A stretch of DNA of 39,920 nt from Verrucomicrobiota bacterium. GTDB taxonomy: Bacteria > Verrucomicrobiota > Verrucomicrobiia > Opitutales > Cerasicoccaceae. The notes under the pieces are model-generated. The model was not told the DNA's origin. It ran no database searches and saw nothing but the letters and a program-made list of their open reading frames with translations. Shown here piece after piece: positions 18,344-26,412 of the stretch. The position numbers and the translations under genes were made by a program. The stretch spans positions 1 to 39,920 of the forward strand of contig JBCBUK010000022.1 in assembly GCA_039818205.1 (NCBI GenBank). Direction: 5' to 3'. Within the stretch, counting starts at the first letter, position 1; each line of letters begins with the position of its first letter.

Positions 18344-18814
18344 TTACTTCTTGCCCTTGGACTTGCCCGCTCCTTCGGACTTTTCGCTTGGCGCCGATGT
18401 CTTATTTTCGGACTGCTTAAGCTTGGCTTTGAGCTCAGCGTTCTCAGCGGCAATTTCTTCGATCTTGCTTTTGAGCATTCCGTTTTCCGACTGAAACACA
18501 GACATGTCCAGCTCTGCCGACTTCAGCTTTTCTTTGAGCTCAGCGTTCTCGCGCTCAATGCAGTCCGCCTTTTCCACAACGGTTTTCACCATCTTGTTTG
18601 AACGGCAGAGGTTTTGCAGGCGGACAGCCTGAGCCTTTGAAGTTGCTACCTTGGATGCGCTACGACGCTGATCCAACTCTTCAGCACGACGCTTCGTCAA
18701 CTTTTCTTTTTCGAGAGCCTTCAGCTCCTTAGCAGTCTTCGGCTGATCCTTCGATTCCTGCTTTGCCGCAGCCTCTTTGGATTCATCCGGGTTTTGAGAG
18801 TCTTCAGTATTCAT
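18344..18814 (-). CDS. Charged coiled-coil protein downstream of the capsid gene
   Basis: K/E-rich heptads; duplicated ENAELK. Confidence 0.55.
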   Translation of the reverse strand: MNTEDSQNPDESKEAAAKQESKDQPKTAKELKALEKEKLTKRRAEELDQRRSASKVATSKAQAVRLQNLCRSNKMVKTVVEKADCIERENAELKEKLKSAELDMSVFQSENGMLKSKIEEIAAENAELKAKLKQSENKTSAPSEKSEGAGKSKGKK

Positions 18815-18896
18815 GATCGAATTTTAGGTTACCTTGTTCACCTCCAAACCCGTAGCTCCATGACGGCTTTCGGGTTCTAAAAGGAACTAATAAAGC

Positions 18897-21011
18897 TTAG
18901 CCGTTGGTCTGAATCTTGATGATGCCGACGTGCTTCACGTCGCCATAGGCCAAGTCCCAGTTGGCAGGCGTCGCCAACTCAGCGTTGGTCGCAGACTGAC
19001 CGGCAATCGCGCCGATGAACGCGGTTCCACTCGGGTGAAGGATGTAGCGGGTCCGATCGATGATGGTTTTTTGGTTGAGCTTCTGATCCACATCGAACAC
19101 CAGCGAGGCCACCGAATCAGGCTCACCGGCAACGGAAATCTGCGGCTTGTCACCCATCGCGATGGAGCGATTCTTAAAGAAGTAGGTGCTGTAGACGTAG
19201 CCGCTGGTTGCGCCAGGCCGGACGAGCGAGTCATCCAGGAATACGCGGAAATCCTTGTAAGTCTGCATGATCACCTTGCCGTCAGCATCCTTGACCGTGA
19301 TGATGTCCTGCTGCTTCAACAGGGCGGCATGAATGATGGAATGCATAACAACCACCCCTCGCAGCATGCCCGGCAAGGCTTCACCCATGAGCGCCAATCC
19401 GTCGATGGCCATATCCGAATCAATCAGATTCGCAGGATCAGGGACGGCGCCATCTTCATCGAATTGACTCAACACAAGCGGCGCGAAGTCGGCATTGCCG
19501 AAGATGCCAGTCAGCATACTGTAGAGCGCCTTGGAGCGTTGGCGCATGCGCAGACTGCCATAGATGCCCATCGCGAATCCAAGCGGGTCAGTGCCTGAAA
19601 TAGCGCCGGAAAGCGAGGATGCCGCCGCTGCCGACACACGGTTGAGCGGAACAGCAATTTGCTTGCCAGAGGCGATTCCGTTGATGGTCGGCGCGTTTTC
19701 TTCGTCTTGAACTTCGTCATCGTAGTCCGGTTCCTGAAAGAATGGGATGTTGATCGTTTCGCCCGGACCCGAAGCGCGCCGAACCATATCGGTATCAGTG
19801 TAGACAACGTCCGTGTTGAGGATGTTGTGCTGCTTGATGACGTATTCGGGCATTCCATTGACCCATACGTCAGGCACCCACAAATCGGAGATCTTGGTGA
19901 CAGCGAACTGAATGCCCTTAGCGGCGAGCTCTTGAGCATGTTTCAGCGTGGCGCCGGAAAATTGCTGAGTGATCACTTGCCCGCCTTGGCCTTGGCCCGC
20001 GCCCATTGGCACCGTTTCGGCGCCGTCTTCCTGGAGTGACTTCGTTTTCTTCTTTTCGGCGGCGAGCTCCGCTTCGAGATCCTTTACCTTGTCGGCCTTG
20101 GCGCGAAGGGCTTTGATTTCGTTTTGAGTGTCTTCCTCCTTCAGCGCGGCGTCGATTTGGTCGCAGGCGGCTTGAACACCCTCGTCGGATTCAATGTCAA
20201 CATCGTCGTCGAGGTTGAATGCAAGGGCGAAGGCCCGATTCAAACGAGCCTGATCGTTGGTAAACATGGCACGTAGGGCCTTCTTGAGTTTGTTCATGGT
20301 ATTTGATTTTAGATGATTAGAATTGTTTAAATGATTTTGGATGATGCCGGGCATGATGTCCTCAACTGCCGCTCGCAAAGAGGATTTGAGATCGACTGGT
20401 TTTTTCCCGATGCCAAGCTTGGCAAAAAGACCATCAGTAGCCGCCCCATCGGCAACGAAAGCGCTGGCGAAAACTTTGGTGACGCGAAGCACGGGCGCTC
20501 CCTCGTATTGCAGCTCAATGTCTTCCGGCCTTTCCCGGTATTCCGTGCCTTCCTCGTCCAGATAGACGAGGTATCCCCAGATTTCTACTGACTGCTGTAT
20601 GAGGCGCGGTGACTTGTCCGCCATCTCCAATACCTGCTCCACGATGAGGGGATACTTTTTCTTGAAGTAGTCGTAGAACTCATACTGAGAAGCAACCAAC
20701 TGCTCACCAGAGACAGAGAGCCCGGAGAAGAATCCAGGGATATCAAGCTCACTCTTGTTGAGTGATTCGAACCAATCATTGAGCCAATCGGAGCCTGCGC
20801 CACGGTGGTCGTGGGTCCAGTAGGATCGCAGCTGGCCATCATATTGATCTTGGGCAGCATCAACTACGTTTTGCAGCGTGACAGTATCAACCATGAAACC
20901 ATGCCCCTCGGCAGGTCCAACTTGCATAAGCAGGACGCCACTTAGGGTTTGCGCGGCTGCATCCACCGCAAAGCGCTTACCTTTGCCGTTTTTGAGTATG
21001 AATTTTTTCAT
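18897..21011 (-). CDS. Fused prohead protease-scaffold-major capsid protein
   Basis: N-terminal G.A.GH...D, TH, S and DGLF protease-like motifs; charged helical linker; capsid domain from about residue 370 (TKISDLWVPDVW, GETINIPFF). Confidence 0.8.
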   Translation of the reverse strand: MKKFILKNGKGKRFAVDAAAQTLSGVLLMQVGPAEGHGFMVDTVTLQNVVDAAQDQYDGQLRSYWTHDHRGAGSDWLNDWFESLNKSELDIPGFFSGLSVSGEQLVASQYEFYDYFKKKYPLIVEQVLEMADKSPRLIQQSVEIWGYLVYLDEEGTEYRERPEDIELQYEGAPVLRVTKVFASAFVADGAATDGLFAKLGIGKKPVDLKSSLRAAVEDIMPGIIQNHLNNSNHLKSNTMNKLKKALRAMFTNDQARLNRAFALAFNLDDDVDIESDEGVQAACDQIDAALKEEDTQNEIKALRAKADKVKDLEAELAAEKKKTKSLQEDGAETVPMGAGQGQGGQVITQQFSGATLKHAQELAAKGIQFAVTKISDLWVPDVWVNGMPEYVIKQHNILNTDVVYTDTDMVRRASGPGETINIPFFQEPDYDDEVQDEENAPTINGIASGKQIAVPLNRVSAAAASSLSGAISGTDPLGFAMGIYGSLRMRQRSKALYSMLTGIFGNADFAPLVLSQFDEDGAVPDPANLIDSDMAIDGLALMGEALPGMLRGVVVMHSIIHAALLKQQDIITVKDADGKVIMQTYKDFRVFLDDSLVRPGATSGYVYSTYFFKNRSIAMGDKPQISVAGEPDSVASLVFDVDQKLNQKTIIDRTRYILHPSGTAFIGAIAGQSATNAELATPANWDLAYGDVKHVGIIKIQTNG

Positions 21012-21043
21012 GATTTTACAATAAGTGAGAGTGACACAATCGA

Positions 21044-22570
21044 CTAAGAAGCGTCCTGAGCGGGCGAAGCTTCAGCCTTCGGGATTTCGTTCATAAACAA
21101 AAACGATAGAGGAACCCTGACTGACTCCGGGTCGATCTCGGCGGATGGGTCTGCGGCTTCGAGCGCCTTGATGTAGACATTGCGCCGTCGCTTGAGCACT
21201 TCATCGGGATAAAATCCTTTACGCTCCCAAATGTCCGCATGACATTCCTCACCCGATTTGAGGCGTTTGAGATTTGCGTTAGTAACCTTCTCTTCATCCA
21301 GGACCGCCGTTGACCGGAAAGCCCAATCCACGAGCTCAGCTTGCCCCTCAGGATGCTCAGGCAAATCCCCCTCATTCGACGCCTTACTCATGCGCCAGAA
21401 CTGGAGGCGATTGAGAAACTTATCCTCAATGAATTGTATCAGGTATTGGCGCCGCGAGTCCCATTGCACACCCAACCCCTTAAAGCCGCTATAGTTGACA
21501 TCCCCAAGCCCACTGAACCAAAGCTCAACCGGAAGGCCCACCGGTGAGGAAATCGCATGCAACATGAGCATGATGAGCTCTTTGTAATCCGATGCATTGT
21601 ATTCCCCTTTGAGAAACTCAAGCTTCTCGCCATCCTCAAGCTCCAGGATGGTTCCCGGCGAAATCTCAATGCGGCGCTTTTTGGTATTGAGCTTGTCAGC
21701 TGGCGAATCACCGTCTTCGACCTCCGGCTTGCCGTCATCATCCAGATCCTCTGACAGGCCACTCAGTCCGCTCGTTTCCGCCGTGCGCTGAATCCAACCA
21801 AAGATGGAATTGACATCCTTAATCTGCTTTGTCTTGGCGCGTGTGATCTCGTAAAGGTCTCTGGCTGTCTGGAGGCTTGGCAGTAACCACGGCAAGCCAC
21901 GCCCCATTAAGACGCGATCCTTGTCGTAAATATGAATCACATCACGCGCGTTGATGATCGTCGATTTACCATCCGAAAAATCGATGGTTCCTTGCGCGTT
22001 CAAAGAGCCAAACCTGTAGGCGCGCGGGCGACCATTGGCCGAATACAGGATACCGTTCCCCTCGCGCTCAAGCCCTTCTTTGATAGGCGATCCGCAGAAT
22101 TCCGAAGGAACAACCTGAACCTTTCCATTTTTCAGCAGGACAATGAACAGTTCGCCCGCCAACAACATCTCTGCCCAAATGATGCGCTCCAGGGAGCGAA
22201 GCGAATCGCCGGAAATCGTAACACTCTTACTCCAGCGCCTCCACAGCCTTTCCTTGATATCGTTAAACGCATTATCCGTTGTGCGAGAGCGCATATTAGA
22301 CAGACCAACCGCTTCAGGGAACTTGGAGACAAGCCCCGCCAGGTATGGATTATTGCGAATCTCGCGCCTAAGCCGTGAGATCGTGATGGAACGCGCGGCT
22401 CCAGTGAATGCCAGATCCTCGTGCACCGATCCGCCAAAATAGCCATAGTCGCGCTCATCATTCGACGTAGCCGAATCATAATAATGAGTGACGCCGTAAT
22501 TCTTTAGCGAAATCCTTGAAGCGGGACGCCGTGAGTTGGAGTCAAGGGCAATGCTATTCATCGGCTCCAT
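21044..22570 (-). CDS. Portal protein, lambda family
   Basis: R...RNNPY, GELF, NG....GRP.AY, VIH...R....RG.PWL.P and VNYS. Confidence 0.92.
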   Translation of the reverse strand: MEPMNSIALDSNSRRPASRISLKNYGVTHYYDSATSNDERDYGYFGGSVHEDLAFTGAARSITISRLRREIRNNPYLAGLVSKFPEAVGLSNMRSRTTDNAFNDIKERLWRRWSKSVTISGDSLRSLERIIWAEMLLAGELFIVLLKNGKVQVVPSEFCGSPIKEGLEREGNGILYSANGRPRAYRFGSLNAQGTIDFSDGKSTIINARDVIHIYDKDRVLMGRGLPWLLPSLQTARDLYEITRAKTKQIKDVNSIFGWIQRTAETSGLSGLSEDLDDDGKPEVEDGDSPADKLNTKKRRIEISPGTILELEDGEKLEFLKGEYNASDYKELIMLMLHAISSPVGLPVELWFSGLGDVNYSGFKGLGVQWDSRRQYLIQFIEDKFLNRLQFWRMSKASNEGDLPEHPEGQAELVDWAFRSTAVLDEEKVTNANLKRLKSGEECHADIWERKGFYPDEVLKRRRNVYIKALEAADPSAEIDPESVRVPLSFLFMNEIPKAEASPAQDAS

Positions 22571-22826
22571 GCATACGTGTTACGGTTTGGCCGGGAGCCG
22601 ATGGCTTATGTGAGCCCTCTTTCCGGGAATACAATGCGTCAATCAGACGCTCCAGTTTACCTTGCCGATCAAGAGCTTTCTCGTAGGCGACTTGAGTAAT
22701 CGCCGTGCCAGAGATGTTGAACGATTGTCCGTTATTTTCGTGATTGGCAATCGTGACACGCACGCGATCCAACTCAGCTTCAAGCCGGTCGATTCGCTCA
22801 TCAATTGTTTCTCTACCCTTTGGCAT
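22554..22826 (-). CDS. gpW-like head completion/adaptor protein
   Basis: Helix-GQSFNISG-helix pattern between terminase and portal. Confidence 0.7.
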   Translation of the reverse strand: MPKGRETIDERIDRLEAELDRVRVTIANHENNGQSFNISGTAITQVAYEKALDRQGKLERLIDALYSRKEGSHKPSAPGQTVTRMHGADE

Positions 22827-22858
22827 TTACCAATAAGGGCCAGTGACACAATAGCCAT

Positions 22859-24802
22859 CTAATTCTGCACCTCAATCACGCCACGCTCTGAAGATTTCTT
22901 TTTTCTGGCCGCAGCAGAACGTTGATTCTTTAGGACGTAGAATAGCGCTATTCCGTAGACCTCACAGTCACCTCCATGATTGTTTTTGGCCTTTGATTCA
23001 AATATCCAATCCGGCTTGCCCGCCGCCTTCTTTTTTCGAGGAACGCGCCGCTCATCGAGTAACTGAATGAATAACTGCTCACGCTCGCGAGCCGCCTCGT
23101 TCAGCTCGAAATCAGAACGCAACTCAAACTCATCACTGGATTGCAGAGAGTAATAATGCCAGCCGCCAATTTCCCCCTTCAGACGCTTCTCAAGCTCCAG
23201 TTTGAAATGATAGGTAGAAATCTCCAGGCATTTGACTTTGATCTCTTTACCCTGATTCCTGCCACCCATGAAGGCGTTACGATTCTCGATGCGGACAATG
23301 TCTTTCTTGAGGAATTCGTAGCCCTCAACCCCATACCATCCCATGCCCTTCGTTTGGCGCAAGTAGATCGCCTCAAGCGTTTCCTGGCGACGGTCTGCAA
23401 AGGAAATGTCAATGATCACATAGGATCGCTTACCTAGTTGCTGATAGTCTCGCTGGATTTGCTCCAGATCATCAAATGATGCTACACACTTCCCTTTGAC
23501 CGTAGCATGGTCAATGCACCACGATTCCCCATTCCAGTTGTAGCCCCGGACAACGTATGGGATTCCCCAAGTTTGCACGTCTGCCTCAACGATGATCAAG
23601 TCAGCCTTTTCTACATCAGCAGGCAGTTTGCCACGGACGTAGTTCGCCTCCAATCGGGTAAGCTCAGAGCTTTTTAACGTCGTAGCGTTTTCCACCCAAG
23701 GAAGACCCATTCGGAGATTCCAGAATTTCTGACGATCCGTGTAGAATCCAGTATCGCGAGAACTCAGAAAATCGACGGCCAAAGCCCCCATCTCGTTAGA
23801 CTTATTCGGGCCATAGAGCCCGTTTACGTGTCCGGTCCAATACTTCGGATGCCCTTTTTTTGTAGCCCTCCAATGAGCGCGGGGGTCGCGGACAGCATTA
23901 GTAACCGCCTTCTGATCATGCAACTTGCCACATTCCGCGCAGCGGTAGCGCGTGAGATCACGAACCGCATCGAGGTCATATTGGTCTTTCGAAATTCGTG
24001 TCCGCGGGTCATAAGTCCAATCCACTTGCTTCCAAGCCAATTCCTGAAAGTGCCCGCAGGGTAACGGGACGAAATAGCGCCGTTGATCGCCCAACAGATA
24101 CTCGACCCAAATGGTCATAGTCTCAAGCGTTGGCGTCGAACTAAAGCAATGCCAACGAAGATCATCAAAGGATTCAGAACGCGCCCGACACTGATCAATG
24201 ATTGACGCCTCTTTTGCCGTCGCCAAAAGCCACTTGTCCACCTCATTGCCCAAAACCCGCTGGCGAGTTTTACCACTAACACCCGTAACAGTATTTGCGC
24301 CAACCATTTTAAAAGCGGCGCCCGGAAACAGCATGCGCGTTGCCGCAAACAAATGGCGGTTATTCGGCTTACGCGCCCGCAAAATCGGGTTCGAATTTAC
24401 CAGTGGAATCAACTCCTCATTCGACACATCCGAAGCAGAGTCGGCATTCATATCAATCCAGAGCATAGACCCCGGATCTCCGGCCACCGAATATGCAAAG
24501 GCCATGCGCAATAGGAAAGTTTTACCAATGCGCGTAGGAGCGACGAGGATCACCTCTTGAACGTTTGGATCATCAATCGTATCCAAAGGCTCGCGCAAAT
24601 ACGGCGTGTAGCTAAAATCAACCTTGCCCGGCTTAGATTCATTGGCGCCAGATGGAAGGACGATTTTCGATTCACACCACTCAGAGGCGCTCAATCGCTC
24701 AGGAGCCGAAAAGAAGCCACGACTCGCCCCAATGAGCGACTTGAAGGCCGCTCTATTCTGAATGGCCAGCCGCTTGCCGAATCCCGTTAGAAAATACATC
24801 AA
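22859..24802 (-). CDS. Terminase large subunit (GpA type)
   Basis: TPYLREP, Walker A PTRIGKT, NEVD, SSTPT, GDQRRY.VP..CG, DVQ and NNH..DCE.Y. Confidence 0.95.
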   Translation of the reverse strand: MMYFLTGFGKRLAIQNRAAFKSLIGASRGFFSAPERLSASEWCESKIVLPSGANESKPGKVDFSYTPYLREPLDTIDDPNVQEVILVAPTRIGKTFLLRMAFAYSVAGDPGSMLWIDMNADSASDVSNEELIPLVNSNPILRARKPNNRHLFAATRMLFPGAAFKMVGANTVTGVSGKTRQRVLGNEVDKWLLATAKEASIIDQCRARSESFDDLRWHCFSSTPTLETMTIWVEYLLGDQRRYFVPLPCGHFQELAWKQVDWTYDPRTRISKDQYDLDAVRDLTRYRCAECGKLHDQKAVTNAVRDPRAHWRATKKGHPKYWTGHVNGLYGPNKSNEMGALAVDFLSSRDTGFYTDRQKFWNLRMGLPWVENATTLKSSELTRLEANYVRGKLPADVEKADLIIVEADVQTWGIPYVVRGYNWNGESWCIDHATVKGKCVASFDDLEQIQRDYQQLGKRSYVIIDISFADRRQETLEAIYLRQTKGMGWYGVEGYEFLKKDIVRIENRNAFMGGRNQGKEIKVKCLEISTYHFKLELEKRLKGEIGGWHYYSLQSSDEFELRSDFELNEAAREREQLFIQLLDERRVPRKKKAAGKPDWIFESKAKNNHGGDCEVYGIALFYVLKNQRSAAARKKKSSERGVIEVQN

Positions 24803-25569
24803 GCTACCTCGTCCACCGGTTCCGACAACTCCTCATCAATACGGCCCATCATCCCATCCATGAGCGCGAAAAACTCATCATTCTTGGCATCAATCACGTT
24901 GCGCGCGTGGTCAGGATTATCTGGGTTTACCTCACGACAATACTGTTCCCCTTGCTTAATGAGGTAGCGCCTGACCTCCTGGAGTATCCCACCAACCACT
25001 GACATGACCTCATCGAGATTGATTGCGCTACGCTGCTGTAATTGAATCTCAAGCCAGCGCTCACAGGCGCTTGAGGCGTTCTTGTTCGCCTCGTTAAGGT
25101 TTTTCATCGCGTAAGTTACTGACGCGTGGTCGCCCTTAGATACTGCCTGATCAAACATTGCTTGAGCGAGTCGCGCAGTCTTTTTCGCGTTATCAAGCAT
25201 GATATCGGCGAAATCGCGCGGGTCATCAGGCAACGAGCCAGGATCAATAACTGCCAATTGAAGCTTCGAATCGTGAACAGGCTTATCCGATCCTTTCGAC
25301 ACTCGCGCCGCCTCCTTTCTGCGAGGAATAGCAGGCGCATTTTGCGCCCTCCAAGCATCTGCCTCAGCCAATGTCCGAAAGCCAGATTGACGCTTATTAT
25401 CGGGGTTACGAGGCATGCCCTTGCGCGCATAGAGCTGGCAAATATAGCTTCGTTCGACATCCCAGTAGCGTGCCAAGTCCGCGCCGCGCACCCCCCCCTC
25501 ATGCACCTCCTCAAGATCGAACCCGTGTGTCCCGCCTTCTTTCATCCGCTGAAGGAAATCGCCGCCCAA
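24799..25569 (-). CDS. Terminase small subunit
   Basis: Winged-HTH (ADLARYWDVERSYI..L...GMP) plus coiled coil, directly upstream of the large subunit. Confidence 0.75.
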   Translation of the reverse strand: MGGDFLQRMKEGGTHGFDLEEVHEGGVRGADLARYWDVERSYICQLYARKGMPRNPDNKRQSGFRTLAEADAWRAQNAPAIPRRKEAARVSKGSDKPVHDSKLQLAVIDPGSLPDDPRDFADIMLDNAKKTARLAQAMFDQAVSKGDHASVTYAMKNLNEANKNASSACERWLEIQLQQRSAINLDEVMSVVGGILQEVRRYLIKQGEQYCREVNPDNPDHARNVIDAKNDEFFALMDGMMGRIDEELSEPVDEVA

Positions 25570-25646
25570 GCTTCCCGCAACCCACCGAACAACCCGCCAC
25601 TCCGTGATGAAAAATGGCTTAGGTCCGATAATTTGTTGAGCATGTT

Positions 25647-25728
25647 AATCAAAATTTTCGAATAATGTTCATGGAGAGGCTTCAACGTGAAGAGGAACCT
25701 CTTTGAACGTTGACTCTACAAAGGACCC
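25647..25728 (-). other. Putative cos packaging site
   Basis: GGGTCCT (lambda cosQ sequence) at 25722-25728, a dyad at 25682-25713 and GAAAATTTT, all upstream of terS. Confidence 0.55.
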
Positions 25729-25761
25729 GCACTGACACAATTGATAGGGGAGGGGGCCTGC

Positions 25762-26412
25762 TCAAAGCCCCTCAAGCTTATCCCTGACCTCGTAGAGCCG
25801 ATTCTTGAATGTTTGTTCGCTCACACCCAATCGCTTGGCCAGCTCACGCGCGCTGCTGACCTGGAGTAAGCTTGGGTCGATATGGAAAAACAGCGCCATC
25901 AGTCGAACGTAGCCCGTCTCTGCATTCCGCACTGACTTGATGCCGGTCTCGGGTAATACCAACTCAACCAGCCGACGCAGGCGAAGCTCCTGCTCGCCCG
26001 ACTGAAACAACGCATTGAGCTCGACATGAGCCTTGATTTCACGCGCTTTACCGGTCCTGGCCTCCAAGGCGAAGGCCTTGAAAGCCGATATTGTCATGCC
26101 AATCAGCTCTCTTTTTCGACCAACTTGAGATTTTTTTCTATTTTCCTCATTTGTGAGGAAAAGTTGATAATCAACGCCTTGCGTGAATCTTGACTCAAAA
26201 AATCGCATCGCGTTAAACTTTTTTTTATATCCAAGCCATCTCCAGGCGAGATCAAAGCACACAGGGAACGGCTCCTCGAAACGGCTGAACGATTCGGCCA
26301 CTTCATCCAGGCCAAAAGCGTCATCCGGCTTCACTGCCGACCATCCCTCCTTTTCAACTAGCCAATCGACTTGGCTGATATCCATATTTACGCGCTTGCC
26401 CAATCCAGCCAT
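25762..26412 (-). CDS. Regulator with AntA-like N-terminal DNA-binding domain and C-terminal HTH (late regulator candidate)
   Basis: FPV.FD.AW.WLGY..K....F..GVDY; SARELAKRLGVSEQT. Confidence 0.6.
   Translation of the reverse strand: MAGLGKRVNMDISQVDWLVEKEGWSAVKPDDAFGLDEVAESFSRFEEPFPVCFDLAWRWLGYKKKFNAMRFFESRFTQGVDYQLFLTNEENRKKSQVGRKRELIGMTISAFKAFALEARTGKAREIKAHVELNALFQSGEQELRLRRLVELVLPETGIKSVRNAETGYVRLMALFFHIDPSLLQVSSARELAKRLGVSEQTFKNRLYEVRDKLEGL

Noticed and set aside
18846..18877. Hairpin AACCCG...CGGGTT after the capsid gene as an ncRNA or terminator
   Set aside because: Short imperfect stem with a weak U-tract; not enough support
22643..22858. In-frame ORF directly after the terL TAG (possible readthrough)
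   Set aside because: It overlaps the convincing gpW-like gene in another frame, and terL is already complete
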